A DNA stretch of 64,000 bases, from contig JAUCBJ010004470.1 in the NCBI GenBank assembly GCA_032718475.1, forward strand, positions 57,788 to 121,787, in the 5' to 3' direction. This DNA is from Nemertoderma westbladi (Eukaryota > Animalia > Xenacoelomorpha). Within the stretch, counting starts at the first letter, position 1. Every line of letters begins with the position of its first letter. Both the position numbers and the translations under genes were made by a program. Positions 62,430 through 64,000 of this stretch are shown piece after piece. The notes below the pieces were generated by a model. That model did not search any database, had not been told where the DNA came from, and was given only the letters and a program-made list of their open reading frames with translations.

Positions 62430-63256
62430 ATATGTGGCTGGCCACGAGAAAAGGGACCTTATGTCGCAAAACCTGATTCTGAGATAATCGCGTTTAAAGT
62501 TTCCCTCTATTTTTGAACAAATTTAATTGGATTATCGATTTAGAAATGTATAAAACGATGAGGGAAATTCAAATTGGTTCTGATATTCAATATACCTAGG
62601 AAATAACTAATTATAGGAAGCAATATAAGATGTTGCAGTGTTGTATATAACACTGTCTTAGGGTTTTCATGTCTGAATTTAGGACTGTAATAAATTGTAA
62701 TTGTACTACTGTAATATGTAGGTACTGTAGGCTTTCATTTTTTCCTTCAATTTGTCTGTTATTTTTTAAATGCAATATGGCTGTCATTTTTTGTAAAATT
62801 TTGTAATCCCAATAAAGAATTCAAAATACAAATAATTTTAAATTTTGTTAAAAAAATTTATCTTTTTGAAAAAATGTTAAATAAAAAAAATTTTTTTTGG
62901 TTGCATGTTTTTTTGAAATTTTTTTAAAATAGTTCATTAACAATATTAATAGTTTCAAAGTGTTAAAAGTTTTATAAAAAGCCGAATAACATTGAGTTGC
63001 CTAACTATATAGTAAGAATTGCTATCATATTATTAATATTTTCCATTTTTTCGCTTATTATAACCGCTATTAATAAAATTTTTTTTGCTACCCGATCCAC
63101 CTTCACATAAATCGCTATAACTTTCTTTTGGAAATAGATATTGAGACACCGTTTTTTTTGTTAAAATCTCTGGAAAATTCTGCATCTCATAGGCCTAATA
63201 ACTCAAAATCGACCTCCGGTGACATAAGGTCCCTTTTCTCGTGGCCAGCCACATAT
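62430..63256. mobile_element. MITE with perfect TIRs of about 36 bp
   Basis: atatgtggctggccacgagaaaagggaccttatgtc ... gacataaggtcccttttctcgtggccagccacatat. Confidence 0.9.
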
Positions 63257-63374
63257 TATTATAATCATGATACGATAGCAGAACCATTACAGATTAATTA
63301 CTATGTTAATATTGTACAGTAAATTATTACATTATACACTGTAGTACATTATAACAAAAGATTAACAATATTTG

Positions 63375-63930
63375 TTACATAGTAGAGCAAACGGTTGTCA
63401 GTAGGTTAGTGGGACACGTAAAGGACGTGGGTACATCGTAGAGAAAACGGTTGTCACATAAGTAGGCTAGAAGTAGGACACGTAGGGGACGTAGGTACAG
63501 CACATCGTAGAGGAAACGGTTGTCACATAAGTAGGCTAGAGGGACACGTAGGAGACGTGGGTACATCGTAGAGGAAACGGTTGTCACATAAGTAGGCTAG
63601 TAGGACACGTAGGGGATGTGGGCACATCGTAGAGGAAACGGTTGTCACATAAGTAGGCTAGTGGGACACGTAGGGGACGTGGGTACATCGTAGAAGAAAC
63701 GGTTGTCACATAAAGTAGGCTAGTGGGACACGTAGGGGACGTGGGTACATCGTAGAAGAAACGGTTGTCACATAAGTAGGCTACACCCCCCTAGAAGTGG
63801 GACACGTAGGGGACGTGGGTACAGTACATCGCAGAGGAAATGGGCCTAGTTGTTACATAAGTAGTGGGACACGTAAGGGACAGTGTTACACCATAGAATG
63901 AATGGTTCTTACATAAATAGTGGGACATCT
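63375..63930. repeat. Tandem repeat, unit about 60 bp
   Basis: gggacacgtaggggacgtgggtacatcgtagaggaaacggttgtcacataagtaggctagt repeated about 8-9 times with small indels. Confidence 0.95.
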
Positions 63931-64000
63931 AGAGAACTGTGGGTGTAAAAGCTTTTGTGGGATAACTGATACGTTTGCCTTTGCTGGCCAGTTCCCCCCC

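Noticed and set aside
63375-63930. Possible hammerhead/retrozyme array
   Set aside because: GAAA is present but no CTGANGA core is seen on either strand of the unit.

Overview
AT-rich, repeat-dense eukaryotic (animal, probably invertebrate) genomic window. Host genes: UQCRQ (2475-2774), CPEB1/orb (8032-9822), PGAP4/TMEM246 (two exons, 14108-16717), a TIAM1/still-life Rac GEF (27340-31509, minus) and a secreted insulin-like/Gla-like peptide (61569-61934). Most of these CDSs are unexpectedly intronless. Mobile DNA includes many RTE and CR1/L2 LINE fragments, several MITEs, a decayed pogo-type transposon, a decayed Polinton/Maverick-type protein-primed polymerase next to a divergent TBP-like gene, and three satellites. 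The most interesting element is a full-length BEL/Pao LTR retrotransposon (46976-58805, minus, 5-bp TSD) with three unusual traits. It carries a WRN/RNase D-type DEDDy 3'-5' exonuclease gene in the env position. It has no tRNA-type PBS; an 11-nt sequence perfectly complementary to an internal LTR segment sits there instead (Tf1-like self-priming architecture). It also has a 68-bp double-hairpin tandem array between pol and the exonuclease. All assignments come from motif recognition by eye; no database searches were run.
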